A stretch of DNA of 64,000 nucleotides from Chlorokybus atmophyticus (Eukaryota; Plantae; Mesostigma and Chlorokybus algae), in the NCBI GenBank assembly GCA_009103225.1, contig RHPI01000260.1:12225-76224 (forward strand), in the 5' to 3' direction. Each line of letters begins with the position of its first letter. Within the stretch, counting starts at the first letter, position 1. The position numbers were made by a program, and so were the translations under genes. Of this stretch, positions 34,305-47,747 are shown one piece after another. The notes beneath the pieces were generated by a model that was not told where the DNA came from, did no database searches, and was given only the letters and a program-made list of their open reading frames with translations.

Positions 34305-37300
34305 TCAACTTCCCTTCGCACGGTAGAACGCCTGACCACGGGCAGGACCACCTCGACCACCACGAGCATTCGAGGCCTGGCCACCCCGAGTGTTTGGAAA
34401 AACAGCAGCCGGCACTGGGGGCTGTACCGCCTGGCGGAACGCGTTGAGGCTGAAATCCCCGCCGCGCCCACCTTTTGCAACTGGTCTGGTATTGGTGATG
34501 TGATTTGTGCCGCCTCGTGGCTGGGGTCTTTGTAGTATGGCTGCAGGTGGCGACGTGCGATGAGGTGGGAGGATTGGCGCGGGCTGCGGGCCCCTATGTG
34601 ATTCATTAAGCGAATCACTACCTCCTTCCAGAGACAATATCGCTGCAGCGGCCTGGACCGCAGCAATGTGGTCTGCAGGCATGAGACCTGCCGGGTCTTG
34701 AACCTGCAAAGGCAAATGTTGGTGCATGTTACAAGCAGACCATGCAACACATTTACAGAACAACAAAACTGCATGTGCAGCTGACTTTACTGCTCGACAG
34801 GTACCTTTCGTTCAAACACCTGTAGCAGCCGCTGCCGAAGGTAGCACAGCTGGTGTGCAACCGCGGTTGGCAGTGTAAAGTGCAGCCAGTCATCCACAGA
34901 GATGAGTGACATGGAAGCATCAGAGGCATCGGCTTCCATCATGGGCGTATCATGTCCGGTGTCAGGGCTGCTCGGTGTAATGGTGAGCTTGGCTGCGAAC
35001 AGTATGAAAGGGTGGGGCTGCACGAGCGTGCTGCTGCGGACATTAAGCATGGACTCCCCTCTTGTCAGCTCATCAAAGACGAGCAGGCTGGCTTGTTGGT
35101 CCGCTGCGCTGTTGGCTTCCAGCTTTATGTTCACGGAGTGCTGATGGATGCGCACCTTTTCGCCCTTCTTCGTGACCATGAACGTCCTCCCGCTGTTGCT
35201 CGTCACTTTGCCCACGAGTGGGTACGTGCCAGCCGCGAGAACGGCCCGCACCAGAGTGCGGTCCTGGCAGTTCTGGTTCACGGCCTGAAGGTAGCGAGGC
35301 ACGAGTTGGAGATGCTGCATCTCTTGAGTCAGCTGCTCCCTCGTGTCGCTGATCCACTGCATGCTGGCGCTTGATAAAAAGTTTTGGTTGCAAAACATCT
35401 GATGACAAAGCCTGTGTCAGTCCGCAACATAAACCACACAGTATCAAGTACATATGTACACAAGCATACCTGATCATGACCGCGACTTCTAGCATGCACC
35501 CATTGCTCAAACGCAGCAGATATTGCCAGCTGGTCACTGTTGCCACCATACATGTTGGACATCTTTTGCCTTGCTGCGATGGCCTGTCGCCTCTGATCAT
35601 TACTGATGGGCAGGACAAATGGGTCTTTTTGCGAGTGTGCGCAGGCTGCGGTCAGGAGGGGATCAAAGCACTGGAAGATGACCGCAAACAGCAGCATTTT
35701 GCCAATGCGCGGGTGTAGAGGAAGGGAGGCTAGGTGCCTGCCCAGATCTGTCAGTCGCTGCTTGCCGTCAATGGCACCAATGTCCTGCAGAGTGCTCACG
35801 GCGTTTTCTACAGCTTTGCTGATGGGCGGTTCGACCGCCTTTGCTAGGAACTCCTCAATGCGAGTGTGGGGTGCCAACAATTTCACCTGGTGGACAGAAA
35901 CACAGTCGTGGTATTCTGCGGCATGGCAGTGACAGCGACACAAGCAAGGTGCCCTGGTCAGCTCATGCAGTTATCATTTCTTGCTACTACAGGAGACAAG
36001 AAAGATTATCCTAATTGTACATAACCAGGGGCAGGAGGGTTGAGGTACCTGCAGGCACAGCTCTTCCAAAGGAGTTCGCTTCAACTCAGGTTGATTGAAT
36101 TCAGCGTGCGCTTTGCTTCGGGCTCTGGAGTACATATGGTAGCAAACACCTGGCCGTACTCGACCAGCACGCCCTCTGCGCTGACGCTCGTTAGCTTTGG
36201 AAGTCCACGTCATCTGCAGGGTGCTGACGTTGGTGTACGGGTCATAATTTTTCTCCTTCTGCTTGCCGCAATCGATCACAAACACCACGTCGTCTATGGT
36301 GATGGCTGTCTCCGCTATGTTAGTGGCAAGAACAATCTTGCGCACGCCGTGCGGCGGCCTCTCAAACACGCGCTTCTGCTCTGCTGTCGCCACTCTCGAA
36401 TGCATCAAGAGGATAGAGAATTTGCTGCTTTTGAAGGTTGAACTCGATGCCAAGTTGTCACGCAAGCGCGACATCTCATCCCAGCCAGGGAGGAAGACAA
36501 GAATTGCTCCATCTGGTGCTAAATTGGCACCTCCCTGTGCAGCCTGTGGAAACAACCACTGCTGAGCTCCTATGGCAACAGCTGGCATAATCATCCACTA
36601 ATTGCCAAACAGAGGACACACAGCAAGGCTAAATTGCATGCCATAGTTACACAATACGTGCATGCTGATTTGTGTGCACATCAATCCAGCATCAGAATCT
36701 TGCCCTAACCTGCCAGCCGCCACCGCATATGTACTCCAGCAACATCTCAATCAGATTCAGATCAACTTCGTCCATGTTAGTGGATGCCTGAGGCAATTGC
36801 AACGTGTGTCAGCAACGGTTGCAACCCTGCCCTTGCTGCATACCGAACTGTGTCACGCAGCAGCACCTGGTATTTGCTCAAGGCGTCAGCAACATTTGCG
36901 GCTCCATGCGATCGCTCAACCTCTGCAGCATGCTCCTTGACCATGATGTGCGCCTCTTCCTGCCCGAATATGTACGCCCAGTCTGTAGCGCTTGAACCTA
37001 CATGCATGCCGGTTGTTAGACACTGCGACGTCGAGAGGACTTGAACCCACCACAACTTTACGCCATATGCAGTGTAGATTCTCACCGTTGTAAGCCTTCA
37101 ACGATACATCAACTCCTTGACTGAGAAGCCAGGCAACCACCTCGCCCTTCCCCTTGCCAGCAGTAACCATCAACGCTGTAGCTCCAGTTTCGGTGTGCTG
37201 ATAGTCCAAAGGAGATCTCCCTCCAGCAAGACTGCCAGACTCCAGCCTGTCTTTAACGCCGGCGAGCAACTCATCAAAGTCAGCATCACGTGCCTGCACA

Positions 37301-39664
37301 CAAATGGCGGGCAAAGGCACGGATATCACTATAGATGCAGCATCGCCTTTGTTAGACGTAATAAGTGTGCGCGCGCGAGCATGTGCAAGTGGCCGTACCT
37401 TGAGCCAGGCATTCTCGAGGAGAGCATCCATAGCGGCATCGGACACAACCTCCGAGGTCCCCTCGCCTTGCAGGTACTCGCCACTGGCGGCTTGAGGGAC
37501 GCTGCCCACAAACCCTGTTCGCGCTAGCACATCTTCTAAGAAGTACGATCGTACCTGCATGCATTGTGACCTCGTACCCAACTCGGACAAGACAACACAA
37601 CAGTGCCTATGAGACACATGGCGACCATGAAAATGCCAAATAAGTACCAAAGGCACTTACCGGATGGGTAAAGCCTGGAACGCGCACTATGGGGCAACCT
37701 CCAAAGTAGGACGAAAACAACTCAGCATTGAGCGTGGCACTCATCAACACCAAACGCAGCGAGGGCCTCCTCTTAAGAAGGTCCCTAAGCACAATCAGCA
37801 TGAAGTCTGCAAACCTATCGCGCTCATGTATCTCATCAACGATGATGTGTGTGACACCCTCCAACGGGTCTCTTCGCACTGGCTTGACGCCGGGCAGCTG
37901 ATGGTCGTGCTGGCTTGTAATTGTTAACTTCCTCAACAGTATTCCGTTGGTACAGAAAGTAAGAACAGTGTTGGATGACACCTGCGTATCCAAGCGAACC
38001 TGCATCCAGCAGCATTGAGTCCTCTGCTGGGTAAGGTGACAATGATGCATTTCGACATGTGCCGGGTTGGGTAAGCTAACTGCATGTGGTGTTGACTTCT
38101 AGCAGCACCAATACAGCCCTACCTGATAGCCAATGCTGCTATCTGGTTTCCCAACAACTTCACCAAACTCCGTTGCCACCCGCTCAGCCACAGAAATGGC
38201 GGAGATGCGGCGAGGCTGTGTGCAGATTATTTTGGCTGGCATCTGTCGGCTCCACGAGTCTTCTAGGATGTACTGAGGAATTTGAGTAGTTTTGCCACAA
38301 CCCGTTTCGCCGGCAATCAGTATCACCTGATTGCTCTGCATAGCCGCGAGCACACTGTCACGCATGGCATAGATGGGGAGAGCTCTGCGCGCTTCGTCCA
38401 GCTGTAACAGATGCCGAGACCCCTGAATCTTGGCACGGTGTTTGTGCCACTTGAGGGCTATTCTGCCACGCTCCTCATCTGAAAGCGGAAGCGGGCCAGC
38501 CTCCGGCCCGCTGGATGAGTTCTGCTCCAGCAACCCATCTTCTTCACCGTCGGTGGCATCGCAGTCCATGTCATCGGTGGATGGTGAGATTGCAGCTGAA
38601 ACAGCTGCCAGCTCTGCAGGAGTGGGTGGGACACGCGAAAAGAGGTCGTCGAGCTCGCGCCTTGTTTGCGCTGAGACGCTCAACTCGGTGGCGTCGCGCG
38701 TATGCACTGCCTTATTCCGCTCTTTAAACACGACAACATGCCTGTCTTCTCCCTTGCTGCGGACATGTTCACACTGTTGTTACCAGCTGGTGCGTTGGGA
38801 TGCATGCATGTATGGTATGGGACAGCATGATCAATCAAGCAAGGCTTGTACCAACCCATAGCTCTTGGAGGAGAACCCATACTTCTTGCATTCAGAGTGC
38901 ACCACTGCTCGGTCGTCATTATTAAGACCAGGCTCGAAGCTCAATTCTGCCAAGCACAACACAGGCTCGGTAAACGCTCAATGCACACGACGCAACGCTT
39001 CCATAGTGTCATAGTTGTCACAACCTCAAGCTGGCAGCGAGCTAAGCACATATCAAGCAACAACATGCCAGCATGCAAACCGCTTGTTGCCAACAGTACA
39101 TAACGCATTCACCCTTCCAACGGTGGACTGGACTGCTACCTACTGCTTGCCTCGACTGGACTGCTGACACCTACTGCCATGAAGTAAACGCAGCAACAAA
39201 CAACTGAGTTCTTTATCCCCATTTCCGTTACTGCATGCAAGCGCCCTGAATCAACGCTGGTAGAACAAGCTGTTAAAGTGTCAAGTAAACGCCGTGATTC
39301 TTTATATATACTTGAGCAGTCGCAAAGCCCACAGCTTGACGAATGGCTGATCAGATTGGAATCTAGCGATCGCTAATCAATGTTTTTTCGTTCACCACAA
39401 TACTTGAGATGTGTGTCTACAACTGGTGGTAGTATTGCTGAGTATAAATATTGGTGAATTGCAATGACAGTGCAACGCTCATGTGCCTGTCTCATCGCTC
39501 TGCTGGAATCGCTCCAGACGTTCAGAGATAGAGATCCTCGCCGTCTCTGACACCGGCCTGAGGCCAGCAGGAAACATTCCGCCCGCAACGCCGCCCCCTC
39601 TATCTCCACGTACGCCCCGGCCACCGCCGCCGCCGCCCCGGCCGCCACGCGGGCCGCCGCCCAT
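34305..39664 (-). CDS. DExH6: DExH-box RNA helicase with ankyrin insertion (plant DExH6/HVT1/NIH, YTHDC2-like architecture)
   Basis: RGG N-terminus; [50 protein letters not shown]; ANK repeat [19 protein letters not shown]; [44 protein letters not shown]; HA2 [21 protein letters not shown]; OB-fold VRIHQHSVN...FDELTR. The 3' stop position is approximate. Confidence 0.92.
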
Positions 39665-40182
39665 GGCTGCCGCAAACACTGCCACGTGGCAGCACTCGTC
39701 ACCCCCCGCTCTAGCTATAAACAAAGCATGAAAAACTATTCACAACGAGTTTGCAATCCGATGACTTTGAACTAATGTTCAAATGTGCAAATGTACAATA
39801 TTGCACTTTTGGCGCTTTCAGCTGCGGTCGGATTGACGAGTTGGCAAAAATCAAACATACAGAGTGGTCAAAGTACCCGAAAGGACAGCTTGCTTGCTGT
39901 ATTTCAGCGTGTCTGTTCGTTGAGGAGCTTTCTGGGCAGGTGGCGGCAGGGGTGTGGGGCGGAGGTGTTTGTGGTGTTGTCGGCGTGGGCTGTGTGCGGT
40001 CTGGGGTTAGAGCAAGCCGTCTTGGGGTGGGACCACTGAAGGTTAGGGTCTTTTTGGCGCCAAGTTGACAGCTGGAGCTACAGGCTAGGACGGCGGCGGC
40101 GGCGGCGGCGGCGGGGGCCCACTAGCAGGCTGTCACTCCGCAGCGAGCCGCAGGCGAAGAAGCTGTCGCATCTCCAGCCAGG

Positions 40183-43100
40183 ATGAAGCGGCTGTTTTCC
40201 CGCACCAAGACGCGGCCCAAGGGCGCCGATCTGCCTGCAAGTCGCCCGTGCAATGGTGCTGAGTCGCTGCGGGAGGCACCTGCAGCTTCTTCAGCAGGTG
40301 GGTTGGCTTGCTGCGAATCAAACAGTTCTTGTTGCTTGCCAGCCTGAGCTGCCTGACGCATAGCACAAGCTTGGTTGTGGCGATGCTGCCTGGATCGGAC
40401 CTGCCGGTGGCCTGCAGTAGGTGTGACTTGTTTGTCGAATGGTTCACTCACCTTCCGAGACAAGCAACATGAATCAAACCTGCTGCCGTTCTACAGCTCT
40501 AAACTTGCTGAAAGGACGTGTAAAAATCATACATTTGCACGCATGCATTCGCTGACTCGCTGGTGTGAGAACCATGCATTGATGTTCACGCTTCGTCATT
40601 GCCGCAGTTTTCGGTTGCGAGTTATAGTTCATGGACCTGGTGTTGTTCAGTTACTGTGTACGTTCTCACTAAGAGAGGAGGGTGAAGGTTGCCTTTGCTT
40701 CGCATGTGCTTTTTGTCGCGCCGTGTATAGTTATGGCTGTTCAGAGCGCGAGCATGCAAATAGCGCTTTGCACTTAGCCCAAACTCCTGGTTTTATGATG
40801 TTGAGTCGGGGGACATTTTTTCCCCCCCCAAAACGCAACCAACTTGTGCATGGCGTCTTAGGTGTGAGCTTTTTGACATTGAGTTACATGTGCCATTGTT
40901 TCCTGATGTAGCCGTACGCGCTGCATACTTGCTGCAGGCGCAAAAGAGCGACTACGTCAGGTACACCCCGCGGACACGACGACACAGGGCACCACCTCAA
41001 CCAGCAGTGATGAGTACTACGACGCATGCAGTGACCTTTCAGAGTGCGACGTCAATTCCCCCACAGGTGAGCAGCTGTTTGTTCCTGTACCAGATGTTGT
41101 GATAGGCAGCGGGCTTAGTCGCATTGCAAGCACAGCACTTGCAGCTTGCAGTTTGTGCTTTGAATGCAACAACACATGATCCTTGCTGTTGCGGAAAGTT
41201 GATCATTGAGTCAGTTCAGATCAGAGAAACAAACTATAGTAACTGATATTTTTGTACAGCTGGCAGGGCGTCTAGCTCCCCCAATCCATTTGACCAGAGT
41301 TATCCAGCACACAGGTGAGTCCTGCTTGCCAGCTCATGCCTTGGTCAATTCGTACACTGGCAGAATCTCTGCTTGTTGCAAAGTATCAGAAATTATCTTG
41401 CATTATATCACCGCAGCCCAAACTCTACATGTTGTTTTCCCCAGGGCGGCATTCGCCGATGACATCAGTACATTGGAGCTGGTTTGGAAAAGAGTATCTC
41501 GTGAAGAGTGGGATGTGCGTGACCCTGCTGGCAACACGGTACGTGGTGTCACGACAATTGGCCGAATGTGCAGAGCTGACGCGGGCATCTGGTCTTGCGT
41601 GTTGCGACATCAGCTTATAAAGTGGAGTCACAGTGCAATTCTGTTGGATGATGACTTCTAGCTGCAAGCCTGCTGTCATGCATGTTGCACGGATGCATGC
41701 CACGGGCGCTACATGTCAAATGCACTGCTTGCTTGTCCTAAATGGCTCAGTTGCGTAGCCACAGCCTTCTTGCGATGTGATTTCGCAGAGTTCACTGTTT
41801 GTCATATCTTGTTTGTTAGTTATCAGCTGCCTTTGTTGGTTCACTGCTTGACATTTATGGTTTTTGTGCAGCCGCTGCACGTCGCTGTGCTGCTTGGGCA
41901 TCACAGGGCCTTGAACAAGCTTTTGGAGCTTGGGTACCCATGTGACAGGAAAAACGAGCGCGGGTGGTCTGCACTTGACGAGGCTGTAGCACTTGGCGAT
42001 GAGCAGATGGTGAAAATTCTGCTGTTGGCGTCCCATGCAAGGCGTAAGCAGAAGTTCAAGGAACAGAAACCTGTGTTGCTGCAGAGCCTCGCGCAGGTTA
42101 GTGCTCATGATGGCAACTGCATATCCTACCCTTTGTGTAGGCATTGGAATTAGCAGTGCTCAGCACTGTGGTGCCAAGTCTGACACAACATTGGACTGAA
42201 CTGACACTTGTTCATATCGGACAGATGCCAGATTTCAAGATGAGCGTGAAATGGGAATTTGGCAGCGCATTGTTTGGCAAGCTAATACAGAAGTTTGCAC
42301 CTCACGATGTTTACTCAATCACCAAACAAGGCACCTCCTTGAGGGTTGATGGGACTTTGATGGGTATCAATGAGAAAAGTGCAAGCTTGGTCCCCGAGTG
42401 GAAGAGAGGGCATTTTAGTCTGCTCTTCACTGGCAAACATGACAGTAAGTCGCATGCCATGCTGAGGCTGCATGCATCGTGAGTTGTCGTTACACATCCA
42501 TCTCACCGCAGGCTGCCGCCTTCTACATGTTTGTTATTGAGGTTCACTCTCTTCTTGTACTGTTCAGACTCTCAGTTGCTTTTGGTGGATCATACCAAGA
42601 AGACAGTCGTGGATGCCATCACTCGCGGTGGGAATGCCTTTGAGTCAGACCTAAACCATGAGGTGGCTATGCTCATGGCAGAAGGCGCCTCCAAGAGGCG
42701 GTTTGAAGCTAAAGACGTCCAGTTCAAACCTGCCAAATCTTGGCTTGGCTACGAGGTCACTGAGCAGGTATGGTGGATACAACTGCCTGTAGCGGTTGTG
42801 GCCTTTGGAGCTACAAGCAGACAGCAGCATTGATACCATATTTGTTTGGACAACACATGTATACATTTGTCTGTAAGTCGAAATGTGCTCGGTAGTATCT
42901 GTTGCTGCCAGGCTGCAAAAGTAACTACACAGTTCTTGCCAATTGGAGTGACCGTGTCGTATGCTGGGTAAACCTACTAATGTCTGTTTGGTGGTAGTTG
43001 GTCCTGACTGTTCATGTTTTCAGGTGGAGGGCTGGAAAACTCGAGTTTATGAAGGCTCCGGCACCTTTTCAACAGTCCACATTACGAAACCCAGTCTTAT

Positions 43101-43930
43101 GGGTAGATACACTGGCACATTTGAGTCCTATCTTAGTGATGTAGAAGCCGCTCGCGCTGCGGAGGAGAGGCTAGCTAGCTCCGCTGAAGCCTCTGCATCC
43201 GTAAGTGTTGCCAAGGTTTCAAGTAACAGATTTGCTTTACACAACCTACAAGTGCTTTTTCGTTTCCGAAACTTACATCTTGCTGTTGCCATGCACTCAC
43301 TGACAGGATCGGGTGGTTGGTGTTGACGACGCTTATATTGATGAAGACCTCTCCGAGCAGCATGTGCACCAGAACAACCAACAACTCTTATCCAACGAGT
43401 CTACTGTGCAAGATGTGAAGTCTCGGAGAATTAAAGCCAAGTGCTGGATGGCGCAAGGCTTCCCCTTAACTGTCGCACAATTATTGCCGTTGATGGAAGT
43501 TGTTGAGCACGCAAACAGGTAAGCACACCTTGCTTCACTGCATTGCATTCATCAGCATCTTGCGTGCTCGCCTCCATGGCTGAGTTAATGTTGATGGCCT
43601 TCCAGGCACTTGGGCAGGGTTACCAAGTACCTGCGGAAACACTCCCAAAAGGACATGTTTCCAGTTAAGCTGCAGGTCCCCTTGATCATGACCGTGTACG
43701 CGCTGGTGACCTTTAAGAACTTTGAGGTCCTTTCGCCCTCAAAACAACTGAGCAGCGCCTTTTTCTCCGTTCCTGCCGGCTACTCCATGCAGAGCTTGGA
43801 CCAGATATTGAAAAAGTTGTACGAGGAAGAGCAGGCTTGGCACATGTCTGACGACAACGCAGAAGAAGTGATAGGCTACCCGCTGCACTATGACCAGGTG
43901 TCACCAGGGCTAGTTCAGCGCCTATCGTAA
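40183..43930 (+). CDS. ANKRD13: Ankyrin repeat domain-containing protein 13-like (ANK + GPCR_chapero_1 domain)
   Basis: DVRDPAGNT|PLHVAVLLGH...KNERGWSALDEAVALG; MPDFKMSVKWEFGSALFGKLIQKFAPHDVYSITKQGTSLRVDGTLMG; WKRGHFSLLF; KAKCWMAQGFPLTVAQLLPLMEVVEHAN; FPVKLQVPL. Confidence 0.9.
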
Positions 43931-44988
43931 TCTGTTTATACGTATCGTATGTACAAGTATCATGCTGTAGTTGGTGCAGCGATGTGCTTGAGTTGGCTTT
44001 CCAATTGGCCTCTGGTTGTTGATTGCTCTCAGTAGTCAATTGGTCTGTGCGTGGCCGCTGCATTGATTGCGTGGCGATGTCTGCAAGTTTTGCATGGCAT
44101 GCTTTTTAGGTGTCATGTCGCATGTGCCATTGCATGTTTCATCGCTGTTGCCAAGTGTGCTGGTCATTGCTTGAAATATGGGAGTGTTGCAGTCGGCACA
44201 CAGTGTACAAAGGATGGCATATGGTGTACAACATATGCGACGCACGAATGTACTTGCGACACTCTCCACATCAAGCATAGAGTGGATGATACCTCTCGCA
44301 AGAGGAATATCATTGCATTGTTGTCACAGGCTGATCACTCAATCACACAATGTCATCCATGGTAATCGATTGAAACAAATACGCAAGGACAAGTTCTCTG
44401 TTGCACACATATGACATGACACACAAAGGTTGCAGTCCGCAAACCCCGTACATACGAATGCACTCAAATTGGCGAGGCCACTTGCGTTAAAAGTCTTATA
44501 CAGTCTACCCCCGTTATAAAAATCACATTTATCCTGGAGCTTTTCATGCCACTAACGGGGTTATTCTTTTAAAGTTGAAGAGAATATATATTCTGTTTAC
44601 GTTAAGAGAATATATATTCTTTTAGTGGGGGTCCCGCCAGAAAAGCGCATGAGCGTTTATAAGAATAAATATGCAATTAACGAAGTGTGTGCATTTCACA
44701 TGTATATGATCAGTATAGTGAGTTTTACGTACATCAAGCAAATGAACACACAATGTAACCTGGTGTTGTGTGACAACATGCATGCTTGAAGTGTTATAAT
44801 ACAACAAGTGTTTATGTGCATGTATAATGGCGCGCACACATGCGTAAAATATCTAATGAATCTGCTTGAATGTGTACATGAGCATGTTGCTTGGCGTGTG
44901 TGTGCAAGAGCAAGCAGCATGCATCTGCAAGGCCATCACCACCAATACAAGCATTGCAGACTGCACTCGTGCATGCATGGTATGCACG

Positions 44989-47029
44989 CTACTCTAACTC
45001 GACTGGCTCATCGACTGTGCCACAAGTGCTACTAGTGCTAGCATCATGTCCAGAAGCACCTGCAGTGACAAAGTCCTGTATGGTGGTCTGACGGCCAGCG
45101 TCAAACACCTGATGCTTGATGACCGCGTTGCGCAGCTGCCGTAAGGTGAGCTGATGATGCTCTGAGATGGGGCAGTCATTGGTGGCGATGAAGGCCTCCA
45201 CACCATCCAAGAACCTCATGCACTCTGCCACTGTGATGCGTGGGGGTGATTCCTCCTCCTCATCATCATCTACAACACAAGGCATTATAAGTGCCCACTC
45301 ATGCACATACACGCACACGTACTGCAATGAGATTCCTCACCGTCAGCCTCATCAGGCTCAGCGGTGGCCCCCTTAACGCCTCCGACGCTTTGAAGGATGT
45401 CATCATTGCTCTGCCCGGCTTCGGTTGGGAGGATGTCATCGACGTGAACGAACTCAGCTGGGGAGAACATCTCCGCACGTGGAATGGGGAGACGCTGCAT
45501 GATGTCCCCGATCTCCTGTACAACAGCCTGCTCGCGTGCGTCAGTGTCGAGAGTTGGCGCGTGCCAAGCAGAGGGGGTGATGCCGCTCTTCCTCCAGCAA
45601 TTCGAGATGGTGATTGCGGTGAGCTCCCTGTACGCCTCGCGACACCATATGATTGCCTCCCTCAACTGCACCTTTACCGTGCGCAAGTCGGTTGTTGGGT
45701 CGGCATCATGCTTCTGCAGCAAGTACGCAACAAGCTTGCGCTTGTACCTGCCACGACCACAGTGGGAAAGCATTACAAACTCTGTCGAACAAGGGGGGTC
45801 TGGGGGGTCCCCCCCCCCNNNNNNNNNNNNNNNNNNNNNNNNNNNNNNNNNNNNAGTTTGTAACCAGAGCAACGCAGCAGCATACCTGGCCTTGAACGCA
45901 GCAATAATGCCTGCGTCAAGAGGTTGAACCTTGCTGGTTGTATTGGGAGGCAGGAACAGACACTTCACAGTGTCCACCTGCAGCGTCTTGAACCCTTTCT
46001 CCATGCCCGCGACCCCGTACTTGCAGGCGTGGGTGGAAGAGTTGTCGAGCAACAACAACACATTGCGCTTCTGCAGCTTCAACTGAAAAGCGAAGTTGCA
46101 GAGCCAGCGACTGAAGATCTGCATGAGACAACGTCTGGTCATACACACGAACTTACAATCACACATATGGACTTGCAGTTTGCACTAACAGGCTTGCCAA
46201 CTAGCAATAGTGTCAAACACCTTACCTCCGCATTCATCCAAGCCTTCTTGTTGTTCGCGTACTCCACACCGATGCGGATGGGAGTCCATGTGCTCCCAAA
46301 AGACCTAAGTCTTTTGGACGTACCAATCAGCAAAAGGGGATACTTCCCGGAGCCGTCGGCATTCACACACAATGCTATTTTGAACCTATCCTTCTCTCTC
46401 TTCCCCCCTCTCGCTTCTTCACTTGCAGTGACCAATGTGCGGCGTGGACGAGCCCGGTAGAACACCCCGCTCTCATCCATGTTGAAGGTGTTGGTAGCGC
46501 CGTAGTCCTCAAGAATCTCTGGCAAGTCAGCTTGGGCCATGTCGACCCCTTCTTCATCTGCATCATTGGCTTCCCCATGCAATGGTTTAGCGGAGATGCC
46601 ATGACGCTTCTTGAACCGATTCACCCACCCGTGTGATGCATTGAAGTCCTCTATGTTCAACTTGCTAGCAAAAACCTTGCCCTTCTTTATCAATATCGCG
46701 TGTGTGATGGTGGCATTGCGAGCCCGAGCTTGTACAAACCATGCATACAATGCATCCTCCAACTTGGGATGTGCTGCAAGCCGCATGCGCTTGGTACTTG
46801 CAGCGAAATTACCACCCTGAGCTAGCGTCTCAACTATCTTATCACGGCCAGTCAGCAACTTGGACAATGCACTCTGTTTGATATCCAATTTCAACTTAGA
46901 TTTGACAATAGCAATGAAGTCCGCTTGCCTAATGTTGGTGTTCTCGCACAACTCATTATACAACTCTAATATGCGCTTCTTCTCCTTGAGAGTGATGTTG
47001 CTATGCTTAGCGGGCTGTGGTGCAGACAT
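44989..47029 (-). CDS. pogo transposase (HTH_psq-like + CENP-B HTH + DDE_1), 4 exons, 580 aa, no stops
   Basis: Exons 47029-46226, 46118-45886, 45747-45323 and 45269-44989 total 1743 nt. Motifs LEDALYAWF, FNASHGWVNRFKKRH, NMDESG, LLLDNSSTH, QPLDAGII (42 residues between the second and third D) and C-terminal PIP-box-like RQTTIQDF. Confidence 0.9.
45819..45854. other. Assembly gap (36 N) in intron 2 of the pogo transposase
   Basis: Run of N after ggggggtctggggggtcccccccccc. Confidence 0.99.
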
Positions 47030-47747
47030 GATGACCTACAAATCGCACAGAATAGCCTTAGTGTTCACGTGAACAGTCACAACAATGCACACATACACGC
47101 GCGCATGTGCACAACACACACCTTAGCACAAGCCCTCCAAAGCTTAAAGCAGCTGTTCCCACCGTTAAGGCGTCTACTGCTACCTATGTACACCTTTGCC
47201 CCCGCCGCCGCCGACCCTCGCGCCGGCGCCGCCGCCACCGCCGCATGGGGATAACCAGTGCCTCTGCAACTGACGTGGCGGCTTAAGGCACGGAAGCGCT
47301 TGCATGGGCACAAGGGCACAAGATCATGTGCTTGCTTGTGCCCTTGCGCACAGCACTGCTACTCCGATAAGAGCATATCACCACTAGGATTTTCATGCGG
47401 TAACATTAGTCTTAATACGTACAAGACTATTCCACTAAGTGAAGATATTTACCTGTAAAACCATTGGTCTTGCGACAATTTATGATCTTAGCGGGGTTAT
47501 TCCCTTAAAGCGAATTCCTTTAACGGGGGTAGACTGTCCACAGCAAGGTTGTAGTTTGGTACCATGTGTACATACACTCCATGGACTATGCGACCCACGT
47601 GTTAGGCATCCAGTGATCACTTGGGCACCCGTGCACTACAGGTACTATTTCAACCAGTCCTTGCAAACTCGCTTCACAACATTGCAGCTAGGCAAAATCG
47701 TGGTGTATACTCAGCACCGTGACAGTGAGTCATTGTTCCGCCTGGCG

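Larger units (their letters stand above)
44501..47536 (-). mobile_element. pogo/Tigger-family (Tc1-mariner) DNA transposon, 3036 bp
   Basis: Perfect 16-bp TIRs CAGTCTACCCCCGTTA at 44501-44516 and 47521-47536. TA on the left flank, TC on the right. Subterminal repeat ta(a/g)cggggttattc..ttaaag near 44553 and 47489. Confidence 0.93.
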
